A DNA stretch of 64,000 nt from Candidatus Doudnabacteria bacterium (GCA_016182875.1 JACPFQ010000010.1:1268-65267), one strand, 5' to 3'; positions 9,714 to 19,596 are shown, counted from the stretch's first letter. The notes: a model not told the origin generated them from the letters alone. Numbers and translations: made by a program.

Positions 9714-10253
9714 TTAATCCTCACGAAACGGAAAGCCTAATGATTTAAGCAGAGCTAGGGCTTTCTTGTCGTCCCCGGCATTCGTCTGGATGTTCACTTC
9801 CAGTCCAAAAGTGTACTCAATATGCTCCCTGAGAGTTTCGGGAAATACTATCTGTTCCCGGAAGCCGATGCTGTAATTCCCCTTGCCATCGAAGCTGTCG
9901 GGGCTTAAACCCTTAAAATCCCGCACGCGGGGCAGGGCGACCTTGATTAACTTCTCCAAAAAATCATACATTCTGGCTCCCCTCAGCGTCACCATCAATC
10001 CCACGACCTGATTCTCCCTTATTTTAAATCCGGCGACAGATTTTTTGGCCAAGGTTTTTACAGGGAGCTGTCCCGTTATTCTTTTGAGGTCCTCGATAAC
10101 GGCATCCAAAAATTTGGGGTCCTTGAGAGTCTTTCCAACGCCGACATTGACAACTACCTTCTCGATTCTCGGCACTGCCATATCATTATCAAGACTGAAT
10201 GCTTTTCGCAAGCCAGGTACGGTTTTTTCTTTGTATACTGTTTTAAAACTCAT
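9714..10253 (-). CDS. rplE: ribosomal protein L5
   Basis: Standard operon position; L5-like sequence. Confidence 0.9.
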   Translation of the reverse strand: MSFKTVYKEKTVPGLRKAFSLDNDMAVPRIEKVVVNVGVGKTLKDPKFLDAVIEDLKRITGQLPVKTLAKKSVAGFKIRENQVVGLMVTLRGARMYDFLEKLIKVALPRVRDFKGLSPDSFDGKGNYSIGFREQIVFPETLREHIEYTFGLEVNIQTNAGDDKKALALLKSLGFPFRED

Positions 10254-10272
10254 TGTTAAAAGTTAATAGTTA

Positions 10273-10590
10273 TTAGTTAATCAATTTACCACACTTCCTG
10301 CATTTACGAAAATTTTTCTCATTATTCTTCTCGTGAGCTATCCTGGTGGGCTTGCCGCAATGGGGGCAGACCAGCATAACTTTAGCCGCCGGCATGGCGG
10401 CCGGGAATTCAAGCCGCTGCCCTTTCTCACCGCGTCTCTTGGGCCTGGCAAATCTATAATGGACATTCACGCCTTCGACCATCACTTTTGCGTCCTGTGG
10501 TAACGTCCTGATTACCTGCCCTTCTTTTCCTCGGTCTTTTCCAGAAAGGACTTTCACTCGATCGCCTTTTTTAACATTTAAATGCGTCAT
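10273..10590 (-). CDS. rplX: ribosomal protein L24 with C-terminal zinc-ribbon extension
   Basis: KOW motif (KGDRVKVLSGKDRGKEGQV) plus a C-terminal CPHC...CRKC. Confidence 0.85.
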   Translation of the reverse strand: MTHLNVKKGDRVKVLSGKDRGKEGQVIRTLPQDAKVMVEGVNVHYRFARPKRRGEKGQRLEFPAAMPAAKVMLVCPHCGKPTRIAHEKNNEKNFRKCRKCGKLIN

Positions 10591-10599
10591 ATCTTTTCC

Positions 10600-10971
10600 C
10601 TATATTACCTCTGGGGCCAATGAAATAATCTTGGTAAATCCCAAGTCCCGCAGCTCTCTGGGTATGGGGCCGAAAATGCGCGTCCCGCGGGGCTCCTGCG
10701 TTCCTTTATTCACGAGCACCGCCGCATTATCATCAAATCGAATATATGACCCGTCTTCCCTTCGGACTTCTTTTCTCGTCCGGACAATTACCGCGTAGAC
10801 TTTCTCGCCTTTTTTTACCTGGCCCTTGGGAGCGGCGATTTTTACCGAAGCGGCAACCACCTCGCCCAAATGAGCAAACCGCCTGCGGTTTTTGCCGGAA
10901 ACTCCGAAAACAGCGATCTCCTTAGCGCCGGTGTTGTCTGCGACTTTTAATCTGGTTCTTAATTGAATCAT
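10600..10971 (-). CDS. rplN: ribosomal protein L14
   Basis: Start [17 protein letters not shown]. Confidence 0.9.
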   Translation of the reverse strand: MIQLRTRLKVADNTGAKEIAVFGVSGKNRRRFAHLGEVVAASVKIAAPKGQVKKGEKVYAVIVRTRKEVRREDGSYIRFDDNAAVLVNKGTQEPRGTRIFGPIPRELRDLGFTKIISLAPEVI

Positions 10972-11201
10972 GTTACCTTCCTAAGTATCGTCCAATTCTT
11001 GGTGCGGCTCATAGGCTTGGTTTCTTGTATTTCGACCTTGTCGCCGACATTAAATTTATCTTGAGTGTGAGCCGCATATTTCCGATAAACTCGAAAACGC
11101 TTCTGATATTTTGGGTGGACCTTGGTAATTTCAACCTTCACGATTACCGTCTGGTTCATTTTATTCGAGCTTACTGTTCCAATTAAAGTCTTTTTTGCCA
11201 T
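10968..11201 (-). CDS. rpsQ: ribosomal protein S17
   Basis: S17 OB-fold sequence. Confidence 0.85.
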   Translation of the reverse strand: MAKKTLIGTVSSNKMNQTVIVKVEITKVHPKYQKRFRVYRKYAAHTQDKFNVGDKVEIQETKPMSRTKNWTILRKVT

Positions 11202-11202
11202 G

Positions 11203-11391
11203 CTACTGCTTATTGATGTTAATTACGGTCAGAATCCGTGCGATGTCTTTCTTGATCTTGCGCAGCTGGTGGTTGTTCTTAACCTCTTTGGTATAAATCT
11301 TAAATCGAAGCTGCCGCAGCTGTTCGCGCAAACTGGCAAGCTGTTTAAACAACCTCTGGCTATTCATGGTTTTTAGTTCCTGCATCTTCAT
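11203..11391 (-). CDS. rpmC: ribosomal protein L29
   Basis: 62 aa, helical L29-like. Confidence 0.8.
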   Translation of the reverse strand: MKMQELKTMNSQRLFKQLASLREQLRQLRFKIYTKEVKNNHQLRKIKKDIARILTVININKQ

Positions 11392-11394
11392 AGA

Positions 11395-11808
11395 TTACCG
11401 ATTGTCCTTGGTTATAAATCTGGTTTTTACCGGCAATTTGTGGGCGGCCAGCCTCATGGCTTCGGCGGCCTGCTCCGGGGTAACTCCGTCCATTTCAAAT
11501 AACATTCGGCCTTTTTGGACTACGGCGACGAAGTGGTCCACTTGCCCCTTGCCGCTGCCCATCGGAGATTCGTTTCCATGGCTGGTAATCGGCTTGTCAG
11601 GAAAAACTCTAATCCAGATTTTGCCGCCGCGGGCAACATATCTGGTCATGGCCCGACGCGCCGCTTCTATTTGCCGGGAAGTAACCCAGCTGTTCTCCAA
11701 AGACTTAAGGCCAAAACTGCCAAAAGCAATCGTACTGCCGGAAAGAGCCTTGCCCTTCGATCTGCCGCGATGATGTTTTCGATGTTTAACTTTCTTTGGA
11801 AGTAGCAT
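11395..11808 (-). CDS. rplP: ribosomal protein L16
   Basis: Start [15 protein letters not shown]. Confidence 0.9.
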   Translation of the reverse strand: MLLPKKVKHRKHHRGRSKGKALSGSTIAFGSFGLKSLENSWVTSRQIEAARRAMTRYVARGGKIWIRVFPDKPITSHGNESPMGSGKGQVDHFVAVVQKGRMLFEMDGVTPEQAAEAMRLAAHKLPVKTRFITKDNR

Positions 11809-11868
11809 GTGTCTGACTATTAACTATTTACTGTTGACCTTTGACCGTTAATGGTCAATCGTCAATTG

Positions 11869-12519
11869 TTATCGTTTAGGTTTTTGCTCATCAAAAACCT
11901 CACCCTTGTTAATCCAAACTTTGACCCCGATTGTGCCGTAAGTAGTGAAGGCGGTAGCCCTGGCAAAGTCGATATTGGCCCGCAAAGTATGCAGAGGGAG
12001 TTTGCCTTTGAACAGACGCTCGCTCCGCGCAATGTCAGCCCCGCCGATTCTTCCGGACACTTCTACTTTTATCCCTTCAGCGCCCGAATCCATAACTTGG
12101 TCAATCGCCTGCTTCATGGCGCGGCGATGGGAAATTCTTTTTTCCAGCTGGTCTGCGATGTTGGAAGCGACTATCTGGGACTGAAGATTAATGTCCCTAA
12201 CCTCTTCGATATTAATCTTAACGTCAAGCTTTTTATTAAGCTGTTTGGCAATTTTTTTCTTCAATTCCTCAATTCCGCCGCCGCCCTTGCCGATTATCAT
12301 TCCCGGCTTGGTGGTTTTAATCGTGACGTTAATGCCGTTGCCAAACCTTTCGATGTCGACTCTAACCACGCCAGCCTTGCGCAAATGACTGAACAGAAAA
12401 TTTCTCATCAGTGAATCCTGCTTCAGATACTCAGAAAAATTCTTGCGCGAAAACCATCTTGATTTCCAAGTGTCGGTGATTTTTAGTCTTAAGCTGTTGG
12501 CGTTTACCTTTTGCCCCAT
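11869..12519 (-). CDS. rpsC: ribosomal protein S3
   Basis: Start MGQKVNANSLRL; KH domain. Confidence 0.9.
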   Translation of the reverse strand: MGQKVNANSLRLKITDTWKSRWFSRKNFSEYLKQDSLMRNFLFSHLRKAGVVRVDIERFGNGINVTIKTTKPGMIIGKGGGGIEELKKKIAKQLNKKLDVKINIEEVRDINLQSQIVASNIADQLEKRISHRRAMKQAIDQVMDSGAEGIKVEVSGRIGGADIARSERLFKGKLPLHTLRANIDFARATAFTTYGTIGVKVWINKGEVFDEQKPKR

Positions 12520-12520
12520 T

Positions 12521-13096
12521 CTAAGTTCCTGACTTGCGGTTAAATAATCTTCGCTTCAAATCGACTAAGTGGCGCTTGATTTTTTCTTCCGACTTAGGCG
12601 GCTGCTTGATTTTTGGCACTGTTCGCTCAACCTTGTCCACAGCTTGTGACTCCTGCTTAGTTACCTGCTTTGCTTCCGGCTTATCTATTACTTTCGGAAG
12701 GGCTCGGAATATAGACCGCTTGGACTTGCGCCCAGCAGGCTTAAATTCCAACAAGACATTAATGTGGCTGGTTCGCTTCCGGACCAGAAACGCGCGGCCT
12801 TGGGCCCGAGGGGCCGCTTTCTTAATCACCGGGCCGGGGTCAATCGTCAATTTTTTGATATACAGCTGCTCTTTGTTCAAATCAAAATTGTGAACCGCGT
12901 TGGCCACTGCTGAATTAAGGGCTTTCATGATTGGAAGAGCGGCTTTCTTGTGCGAAAATTTAAGCTGCATCAGAGCCTCATCAACGGAGTTGCGGTCAAT
13001 TAAGTCAGCCACCAAACGAAGCTTGCGCGGGGATACATGAATGTACCTCGCGTACGCCTTGACCTCTTTGGTTGTTTGCTTATCTTGAGCGGTCAT
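12521..13096 (-). CDS. rplV: ribosomal protein L22 (with C-terminal extension)
   Basis: Contains AYARYIHVSPRKLRLVADLIR. Confidence 0.85.
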   Translation of the reverse strand: MTAQDKQTTKEVKAYARYIHVSPRKLRLVADLIDRNSVDEALMQLKFSHKKAALPIMKALNSAVANAVHNFDLNKEQLYIKKLTIDPGPVIKKAAPRAQGRAFLVRKRTSHINVLLEFKPAGRKSKRSIFRALPKVIDKPEAKQVTKQESQAVDKVERTVPKIKQPPKSEEKIKRHLVDLKRRLFNRKSGT

Positions 13097-13104
13097 AGTT
13101 ATCG

Positions 13105-13446
13105 TTATTTCTTGGGCTCTGACTCAGCTTTAGCCGCTTCCATTTGCCGCTTTTCCGCCTCCGCCGCGGCCATCGCTTCCTCTTTGGCCATGCGGCCTCC
13201 GTGCCTGGTGAATTTCCTGGTCAGCGCGAACTCGCCAAGCCGGTGTCCGACCATGTTCTCGTTGATGTTGACGGTTATGAAATTCTTGCCGTTGTGAACT
13301 TGGAAAGTCAAACCGACCATCTCAGGAAAAATAGTTGAATCGCGCGACCAGGTCTTAATCTCGACCTTTTTGCCGACCTTGGCTTTTTGAACTTTTTCCC
13401 AAAGCTTCGGGTCTACAAACGGTCCTTTTTTCAGTGATCTGCTCAT
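13105..13446 (-). CDS. rpsS: ribosomal protein S19 (Ala/Glu-rich C-terminal tail)
   Basis: Contains [12 protein letters not shown]...HNGK. Confidence 0.9.
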   Translation of the reverse strand: MSRSLKKGPFVDPKLWEKVQKAKVGKKVEIKTWSRDSTIFPEMVGLTFQVHNGKNFITVNINENMVGHRLGEFALTRKFTRHGGRMAKEEAMAAAEAEKRQMEAAKAESEPKK

Positions 13447-13473
13447 ATTATTTAGTGAATCTAAAAGTTAAAA

Positions 13474-14304
13474 TTATTTCCTACGCTGAACAATAAACTT
13501 ACTGCTTGCTTTCTTGGGGTTGCGGGTCTTTACACCTAACGCATGTTTTCCCCAAGGCGTCTTCGGATACTTCAAACCAATCGGGTTGTGGCCCTCGCCT
13601 CCGCCATGAGGATGATCGACTGGATTCATGACTTTGCCTCGGACTGTCGGCCTAATCCCCATATGTCGAGTTCTTCCGGCTTTGCCGATGCGCACATACA
13701 TCCAGTCAACGTTGGAAACCTGGCCGATGGTGGCATAAGCGTCGCCAGAAACCCGGCGGATTTCGCCTGAAGGCATCTTAAGCAGCACGGAGTCTCCCTC
13801 AGACGCCTGAATTATGGCATAGGCTCCGGCAGATCTGGCAATTTGGCCCCCGCCCGTTTTATCAATCTGAATATTGTGCACATAAGCGCCAACCGGAATA
13901 TTTTTTAGCATCATCCTATTGCCCACCTTGACATCGGTCCTGGGAGCAGTGAGGATCGTGTGTCCAACCCGAAGGCCGTCAGGAGCCAAGATATAGCGCT
14001 TTTCGCCATCCTTATAAGCCACCAGAGAAATAAACGCGCTGCGGGCCGGATCGTATTCCAAAGTCTTTATTGAAGCCTCGATATTCATTTTTTGCCGCGC
14101 AAAGTCCACTTCCCTTACTTTATAACGATGCCCGCCGCCATGATGACGGACCGTGATTTTGCCCTGGTTGTTGCGGCCGGCTCGGCCGAACTTGCGCGCA
14201 ATCAAGCTTCGCGGAGCCTTGGTTTTTTTGCTCAAAACCGAATAGTCGGTAACCGACATGATTCTGCGCCCGGGGCTGGTAGGTTTGTACTGCTTGATGG
14301 CCAT
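13474..14304 (-). CDS. rplB: ribosomal protein L2
   Basis: L2 signatures (GRNNQGKITVRHHGGGHRY). Confidence 0.9.
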   Translation of the reverse strand: MAIKQYKPTSPGRRIMSVTDYSVLSKKTKAPRSLIARKFGRAGRNNQGKITVRHHGGGHRYKVREVDFARQKMNIEASIKTLEYDPARSAFISLVAYKDGEKRYILAPDGLRVGHTILTAPRTDVKVGNRMMLKNIPVGAYVHNIQIDKTGGGQIARSAGAYAIIQASEGDSVLLKMPSGEIRRVSGDAYATIGQVSNVDWMYVRIGKAGRTRHMGIRPTVRGKVMNPVDHPHGGGEGHNPIGLKYPKTPWGKHALGVKTRNPKKASSKFIVQRRK

Positions 14305-14305
14305 G

Positions 14306-14758
14306 CTAGATTCCTTCGACTAATCCTTCAATTTTTTCACCGGTTTTCAGGGTCACGACCGCTTTTTTCCAATCAGAGGTTTTGCCGAACTTTCTGCCCA
14401 TGCGGCGCATCTTACCCTTGGTGTTAATGACGTTGACCGCGGTGACGTGAACGTCAAATGTTTTTTCAACAGCCTTTTTCACGTCAATTTTATTCGCTTT
14501 GGGATTAACTTTAAACACATACCGGCCAACTGTCGAAAGCGCGTTGGTTTTTTCGGAAAGGTGGACTGAACTCAGAACTCTATAAGCCCGTCCCGTATCA
14601 TCTTTGAGCACTACTTCCTTTTTGGGTGTTTCTTGCTGCGGCTCTTTGACCATATCCCCGCCTTCGCTCACGCTTCGGCGGGCAGGCAAAACATTTTCTT
14701 GGACCCTTTTATTCCCTTTATCCCCCTTATTCCCTTTTATCTTATCCAATAATCCCAT
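14306..14758 (-). CDS. rplW: ribosomal protein L23 (Lys/Gly-rich N-terminal extension; true start may be an internal Met)
   Basis: The C-terminal 95 aa are L23-like. Confidence 0.8.
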   Translation of the reverse strand: MGLLDKIKGNKGDKGNKRVQENVLPARRSVSEGGDMVKEPQQETPKKEVVLKDDTGRAYRVLSSVHLSEKTNALSTVGRYVFKVNPKANKIDVKKAVEKTFDVHVTAVNVINTKGKMRRMGRKFGKTSDWKKAVVTLKTGEKIEGLVEGI

Positions 14759-14760
14759 AA

Positions 14761-15399
14761 TTATTTCAAGTAGCTTTCTTCAATGACGCTTAAGGCTTCC
14801 TCGGTAATTACCAGGTCATGCTTGAGCAAATCAATAATATTCAGCTGGCTGGCCGCCAGAACCTTAAAGTCTCCAAGGTTCCGCGCCGCCTGCATAATCT
14901 TCTTGTTGGATTTGGGAATGATCAGGGCGACCTTAATGCCCAGGCCCGCGGGTTTTGCTATTTCCGAGATTGTTTTTTGGAATTGGGAAGTTTTTTCGAC
15001 TTCGGGAAAGTCATCCAGCACCACCAATTTATTGCTCAATAACTTGTCGCTAAGAATCGTAAACAGCGCTTTTCTAAATGCGTTTTTATTCAGCTTCATC
15101 GAAAAGTTTCTGTCGCTTCGCGGTCCAAAGGTCACCCCGCCGCCTCGCCACAAAGGGGATCTGATGGAGCCCACTCGGGCTCGGCCTGTGCCTTTTTGCT
15201 TCCATGGCTTCTTGCCGCCGCCGGAAACCTCACCGCGATTTTTGACATGTCCGATAGCGCGCCGCAGATTGTTGCGCTGGGCGCGGACCGCGAAGTGCAC
15301 CAAAAACGGGTCTATCTTATCAAGTCCAAAAACTTTCTGATTCAGCTCCATTTCAGAAACTTTCTCGCCAACTTTGTTGTAGACTGCGGCTTTCGTCAT
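14761..15399 (-). CDS. rplD: ribosomal protein L4
   Basis: Start trimmed to MTKAAVYNK; contains GTGRAR. Confidence 0.85.
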   Translation of the reverse strand: MTKAAVYNKVGEKVSEMELNQKVFGLDKIDPFLVHFAVRAQRNNLRRAIGHVKNRGEVSGGGKKPWKQKGTGRARVGSIRSPLWRGGGVTFGPRSDRNFSMKLNKNAFRKALFTILSDKLLSNKLVVLDDFPEVEKTSQFQKTISEIAKPAGLGIKVALIIPKSNKKIMQAARNLGDFKVLAASQLNIIDLLKHDLVITEEALSVIEESYLK

Positions 15400-15401
15400 A
15401 G

Positions 15402-16004
15402 TTATTGCCTGATTACGTCGGGGTGATCGGTAAAAACCCCATCGACTCCTAATCTTTTCACGTCTTCGAACAGGTTTTGTTCGTTTATCACAAAGGTATA
15501 AATCTGGAAACCCAATCTTCGCATCCACCACATACGCGCCGCAGTAAGAAGCGAGTAATGCGGATGGATTGAGTAAATTCTTAAATAATGGGAAAGTAGT
15601 ATCAAGAAGCTGAAGTAACGATTCATTTTTTGATTGATCGCCAGGCCCAGCTTGATATTTCTGTCCAAACTTCTGATCTTTCGCAAAATTTTAAGTTTAA
15701 ACGACGAGATCAGGACTTCAGACGGAAAATCCTTAATCATTTCGAGAAGCTGTTTTTCAAATCCGCTTTCTTTGATTTCCAAATGCAGTGCGACATTTAC
15801 TGCTTTCAAAACTTCTGTCAGCCGAGCTGAGCGCGGGTAAATTTTTTCCGGGTCCGCGTCGTGAGCGACTACGATTACACCATTTCTGTCTAGCCGCAAA
15901 TCCATTTCCACCGCATCCACTCCCAGCTCTATTGCTTTTTTGAAAGAACCAATCGTGTTCTCCGGTTCGAGCCCGGCCGCCCCTCTGTGCCCTATGATCA
16001 GCAT
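15402..16004 (-). CDS. glycerophosphodiester phosphodiesterase (GDPD) inserted between rplC and rplD
   Basis: Contains MLIIGHRGAAG...ENT...EMDLRL...HD, matching the GDPD signature. Confidence 0.75.
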   Translation of the reverse strand: MLIIGHRGAAGLEPENTIGSFKKAIELGVDAVEMDLRLDRNGVIVVAHDADPEKIYPRSARLTEVLKAVNVALHLEIKESGFEKQLLEMIKDFPSEVLISSFKLKILRKIRSLDRNIKLGLAINQKMNRYFSFLILLSHYLRIYSIHPHYSLLTAARMWWMRRLGFQIYTFVINEQNLFEDVKRLGVDGVFTDHPDVIRQ

Positions 16005-16014
16005 ACGGATTCGG

Positions 16015-16147
16015 AACGCGAGGGCTGGCGGCAAAAACTAGCTTTCGCAGACCGGCTCCATCCGGCCGAGAACGCAGGTCGCAAAATTTGCGGCTTCCAT
16101 GCCCAAATTTTGACGACCGGTAGTTTTTGCCCGACAGCCCGAGCGCT
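16015..16147. repeat. 115-nt structured inverted-repeat element, copy B (between GDPD and rplC)
   Basis: The two terminal repeats co-vary (gcggcaaaaactag / ctagtttttgcccg); the internal hairpins are conserved. Confidence 0.7.
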
Positions 16148-16710
16148 CATACGCTCTGAATCCTCACTATGCCGCCTCGAGCCCCAGGTACTGCTCCCTT
16201 CACTGCTATCAAATTCCGAGCAGAATCGACTTCCACTACTTCTAAATTTCTTACCGTTCTTATTCCACCCATCCTGCCGGCCATTCTTGTGCCCTTCATG
16301 ACATGCTGCGGAAACCTGCCGCCTATCGAACCCACCGCCCGGGGATGGTCGTGGCCGTGGGAAGCGGGAGCGCCTTTGAAGCTGTACTTCTTCACCGGCC
16401 CGGTAAATCCCCTGCCCTTCATTTGAGCTGTGACCTTAACGCGGTCTCCTGCCTGAAAAACATCCACTTTAACTTCTTGATCTTTGGCGAAGTCCTTAAC
16501 ATCGCTGGCCCGAAACTCGGACAATTTGCGGAATGGCCGCTTTTTGCTTTTACCAAACCCAACCTGTACCGCCTGGTACTTGTCGTTTTCCATGGTTTTA
16601 ACCTGGGTCACCTTCACCGGTCCCGCACGCAAAATCGTCACCGGGATAGACTTGCCATCCTTGAAAATCTGGGACATATTCAGTTTTTCCGCCAAAATGA
16701 ATTTAGTCAT
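16147..16710 (-). CDS. rplC: ribosomal protein L3
   Basis: Start trimmed to MTKFILAEK. Confidence 0.85.
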   Translation of the reverse strand: MTKFILAEKLNMSQIFKDGKSIPVTILRAGPVKVTQVKTMENDKYQAVQVGFGKSKKRPFRKLSEFRASDVKDFAKDQEVKVDVFQAGDRVKVTAQMKGRGFTGPVKKYSFKGAPASHGHDHPRAVGSIGGRFPQHVMKGTRMAGRMGGIRTVRNLEVVEVDSARNLIAVKGAVPGARGGIVRIQSV

Positions 16711-16808
16711 AGCATCCGGTTTAAAAAACCGCTCAGGATCCCTTTTTAACAAAGAAGCCTAAGCGGTTCTTCATTCGTTGGCGATATCCTTTGGGATCAG
16801 TCCAACTT

Positions 16809-17138
16809 TTACATTTTAATCTCTACGTCTACACCGGCCGGCAAATTCAGATTCGACAAGGCGTCAATGGTTTTGGGAGTCGGGTTGGAAATGTCGATTA
16901 ATCTTTTGTGAAGCCGCATCTCAAATTGCTCACGCGAGTTCTTGTGCACGAACGTAGACTTGTTAACGGTATACTTGGTTTTTTCGGTCGGCAGCGGCAC
17001 CGGGCCTAAGACTTTGGCTTGAGTCCTTTTGGCGGTATCGACGATCTGGCGCGCAGACTGATCTATAAGCTTATGGTCATAAGCTCTGATTTTTATCCTT
17101 ATTCGTCCTGATTCTTGCTTTTCTTGTTGTTGCGGCAT
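16809..17138 (-). CDS. rpsJ: ribosomal protein S10
   Basis: Contains [17 protein letters not shown]. Confidence 0.9.
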   Translation of the reverse strand: MPQQQEKQESGRIRIKIRAYDHKLIDQSARQIVDTAKRTQAKVLGPVPLPTEKTKYTVNKSTFVHKNSREQFEMRLHKRLIDISNPTPKTIDALSNLNLPAGVDVEIKM

Positions 17139-17218
17139 CTCAAATTAATTAAAGTTTTTTAAGTACAGCTTGCTTATTTTACATAAAAGAGCCACTCAGG
17201 TCAACCCTAGGATTCTAG

Positions 17219-17348
17219 AAGCGAGGGATAGTTGCAAAACTAGCCTTCGCAGGCCGGCTCATCCGGCCGAGAACGCAGGCTGCAAAATTTGGCTTATCAA
17301 TGCCGAATTTTGACAGCCGGTAGTTTTGCAATCTATCCCGAGCGACTG
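17219..17348. repeat. 115-nt structured inverted-repeat element, copy C (S10 leader, between rpsJ and tuf)
   Basis: gggatagttgcaaaactag ... ctagttttgcaatctatccc, with internal ggccggctcatccggcc and gcaaaattt/aattttgac hairpins. Confidence 0.7.
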
Positions 17349-17404
17349 ACCCGTCGCCCAAAGAGTATCAAAAGGACTAGCCTTGGCTAGGCTAGCCCTT
17401 TATT

Positions 17405-18592
17405 TTATTTGTTAATCTTGAGCACCACGCCAGCGCCTACAGTGTGTCCGCCTTCTCTGATTGCGAATCGTTGCTTTTCTTCCAATGCGACCGGGCTGAT
17501 GAGCTTAATCTCCAAACTGACGGTATCGCCAGGCATGACCATTTCTTGGCCGGCAGGTAATTCAACCTCGCCGGTGACATCAGTGGTTCGGATGTAAAAT
17601 TGCGGCTTGTAGCCTTTGAAAAACGGAGTGTGGCGTCCGCCTTCTTCCTTGGTCAGAATGTAAACTTCAGCGTCAAATTCGGTGTGAGGAGTCACTGAAC
17701 CGGGTTTGGCCAAAACTTGTCCGCGTTCAACTTCATCCTTTTTGGTTCCCCGAAGGAGAACCCCGGCATTATCTCCGGCGCGGCCTTCATCCAATTGCTT
17801 GTTAAACATCTCAATTCCTGTGACCACGGTCTTGCTGGTCGGACGCAATCCCACAATTTCAACTTCACCATTAAGTTTAACCACTCCTCTTTCGATTCTT
17901 CCGGTCACAACCGTGCCGCGGCCTTCGATTGAGAAGATGTCTTCAATCGGCATCAAATACGGCTTATCGACTTCGCGGACCGGTTCAGGAATATAAGTGT
18001 CCAGGGCTTCCACCAACTTCAAAATCGACGGTTCGCCGATTTCGGAGCTGTCGCCTTCCAAAGCCTTGAGCGCTGAGCCGCGAATAATCGGTGTTTCTTT
18101 GCCCGGGAATTGATATTTGGTCAAAAGGTCTCGCACTTCTTCCTCGACGAGGTCCAAAAGCTCTTTGTCGTCAACCATGTCAACTTTGTTGAGATAAACA
18201 ATAATGTAAGGAACTCCGACCTGGCGGGCCAAAAGAATGTGTTCGCGAGTCTGAGGCATAGGGCCGTCGGCGGCAGACACGACCAAAACCGCGCCATCCA
18301 TCTGGGCCGCCCCCGTAATCATGTTTTTGATGTAGTCAGCGTGCCCTGGGCAGTCAACGTGGGCATAATGCCTTTTTTCGGATTCATACTCCACGTGAGT
18401 GGTATTGATTGTAATACCGCGCGCCTTCTCTTCCGGCGCATTGTCAATCGAATCATATCCCCGCGCTTTGGCCTTGCCTTGCTTGGCCAAAACCGTGGTG
18501 ATTGCCGCGGTCAAAGTGGTCTTGCCATGGTCAACGTGGCCAATGGTGCCGATGTTGATGTGCGGCTTATCTCGCTTAAATTGCTCCGCCAT
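17405..18592 (-). CDS. tuf: elongation factor Tu
   Basis: [14 protein letters not shown] and NKVD G-motifs; 395 aa. Confidence 0.95.
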   Translation of the reverse strand: MAEQFKRDKPHINIGTIGHVDHGKTTLTAAITTVLAKQGKAKARGYDSIDNAPEEKARGITINTTHVEYESEKRHYAHVDCPGHADYIKNMITGAAQMDGAVLVVSAADGPMPQTREHILLARQVGVPYIIVYLNKVDMVDDKELLDLVEEEVRDLLTKYQFPGKETPIIRGSALKALEGDSSEIGEPSILKLVEALDTYIPEPVREVDKPYLMPIEDIFSIEGRGTVVTGRIERGVVKLNGEVEIVGLRPTSKTVVTGIEMFNKQLDEGRAGDNAGVLLRGTKKDEVERGQVLAKPGSVTPHTEFDAEVYILTKEEGGRHTPFFKGYKPQFYIRTTDVTGEVELPAGQEMVMPGDTVSLEIKLISPVALEEKQRFAIREGGHTVGAGVVLKINK

Positions 18593-18840
18593 AAATTCTT
18601 GGTTTATCCTTGCTGAAATATGGTAGAAACTAGCTCGCTACGCTCGCGAAATTGATAGAAATTGGCCGTAGCTAATCTCTACTAGTTTCGCAGCCGAAGG
18701 CTGCATATTTCTATATATTTCTAAACAGCTTAATTAATAGCCCTAAGATTATAATGCTTTCGCTCCCTTTTGTAAAGGGCCTGATAATCTTAATACTTTT
18801 TCACGAAACGGTCAAATGGCTATGATTACTTTCAATTTAT

Positions 18841-18900
18841 CCTTCTCCCCTTGCGGGAGAAGGTGGCCGCAGGCCGGATGAGGGGTAGCAAAGTACCCGC
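18841..18900. repeat. GC-rich hairpin element (ccttctcccc-ttgc-gggagaagg + ggccgcaggccggatgagggg)
   Basis: Shares modules with the elements at 56996-57146, 24069-24196 and 59664-59745. Confidence 0.6.
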
Positions 18901-18937
18901 ATTAAGGCTATGATTTGAATACCAGAAGGAGGAAACA

Positions 18938-19150
18938 GTGGCGAAAACACGCCGGAAAGCTCCTCAGAAGCAAGAAAAGCCAGACTTTGGCAGGCTGTTC
19001 CTCCAGGTGTTTTTGTTTGTTCGGGGCGTCAGCAGCGACAACCCAAAAACCCAAAAGCGCTGTGGCAGACTGCTCAACGAACTCGCCGAAAAACGCAAAC
19101 CCAGGAAACGGAAGCTAGCGAGGAGACGTCATGGCAAGGCCGAGAACTAA
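18938..19150 (+). CDS. small highly basic protein (island ORF)
   Basis: GTG start 7 nt after AGGAGG. K/R-rich 70 aa in GC-rich DNA unlike the flanking sequence. Confidence 0.4.
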   Translation: MAKTRRKAPQKQEKPDFGRLFLQVFLFVRGVSSDNPKTQKRCGRLLNELAEKRKPRKRKLARRRHGKAEN

Positions 19151-19397
19151 CTGTTCTTCGGAAGCGGACGTGATGAGGCTCGTTAACTACGTGCTCAATC
19201 ACGACGGTCCCGACGAGCACCGCGAGACGCAGAAACACCTCAAGGTATGCGGTGAGTGTCGGGAAATGCTTACACTCATGCGCAAAGCCAAACGGCGCAT
19301 GACTAACCCCAACCCCGGGATTTCCATGGCTCTCCGCGCTTCAAAGGCAGAGAAAGCCAGAAAAGCTTTCAGAATCGTGCACAACGAAACGCGCTAA
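19131..19397 (+). CDS. small Cys/His zinc-finger protein, anti-sigma-factor (ZAS)-like HxxxCxxC motif
   Basis: RBS GAGGAG; contains HLKVCGECREML. Confidence 0.4.
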   Translation: MARPRTNCSSEADVMRLVNYVLNHDGPDEHRETQKHLKVCGECREMLTLMRKAKRRMTNPNPGISMALRASKAEKARKAFRIVHNETR

Positions 19398-19410
19398 CGA
19401 GGAGGCGCTT

Positions 19411-19575
19411 ATGGCAATTGCGTTGTGGGTTCTCAGTGCGGTCGCGCTGGTTCTCCTCGCTGGGGGTTTGATCTTGCGTCATTGGGCGGGGAAACCAATC
19501 AGCACCTTTGAACCGCGACCCATGGGGCGAGAATATTCCCCATACGACCCTGACGATCCTGAGTACATCGGGTAG
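19411..19575 (+). CDS. small predicted membrane protein (54 aa)
   Basis: RBS GAGGAGG 6 nt upstream of ATG; one hydrophobic helix. Not in the ORF track because it is under 60 aa. Confidence 0.35.
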   Translation: MAIALWVLSAVALVLLAGGLILRHWAGKPISTFEPRPMGREYSPYDPDDPEYIG

Positions 19576-19596
19576 AATCTTTAGCGGGAGGTGGCT

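Noticed and set aside
18600-18940. tRNA genes upstream of tuf (common in other bacteria)
   Set aside because: Manual search found inverted repeats (gaaactag/ctagtttc, gcagcc-gaa-ggctgc) but no cloverleaf with a T-loop, so this is treated as tuf leader/terminator structure only.
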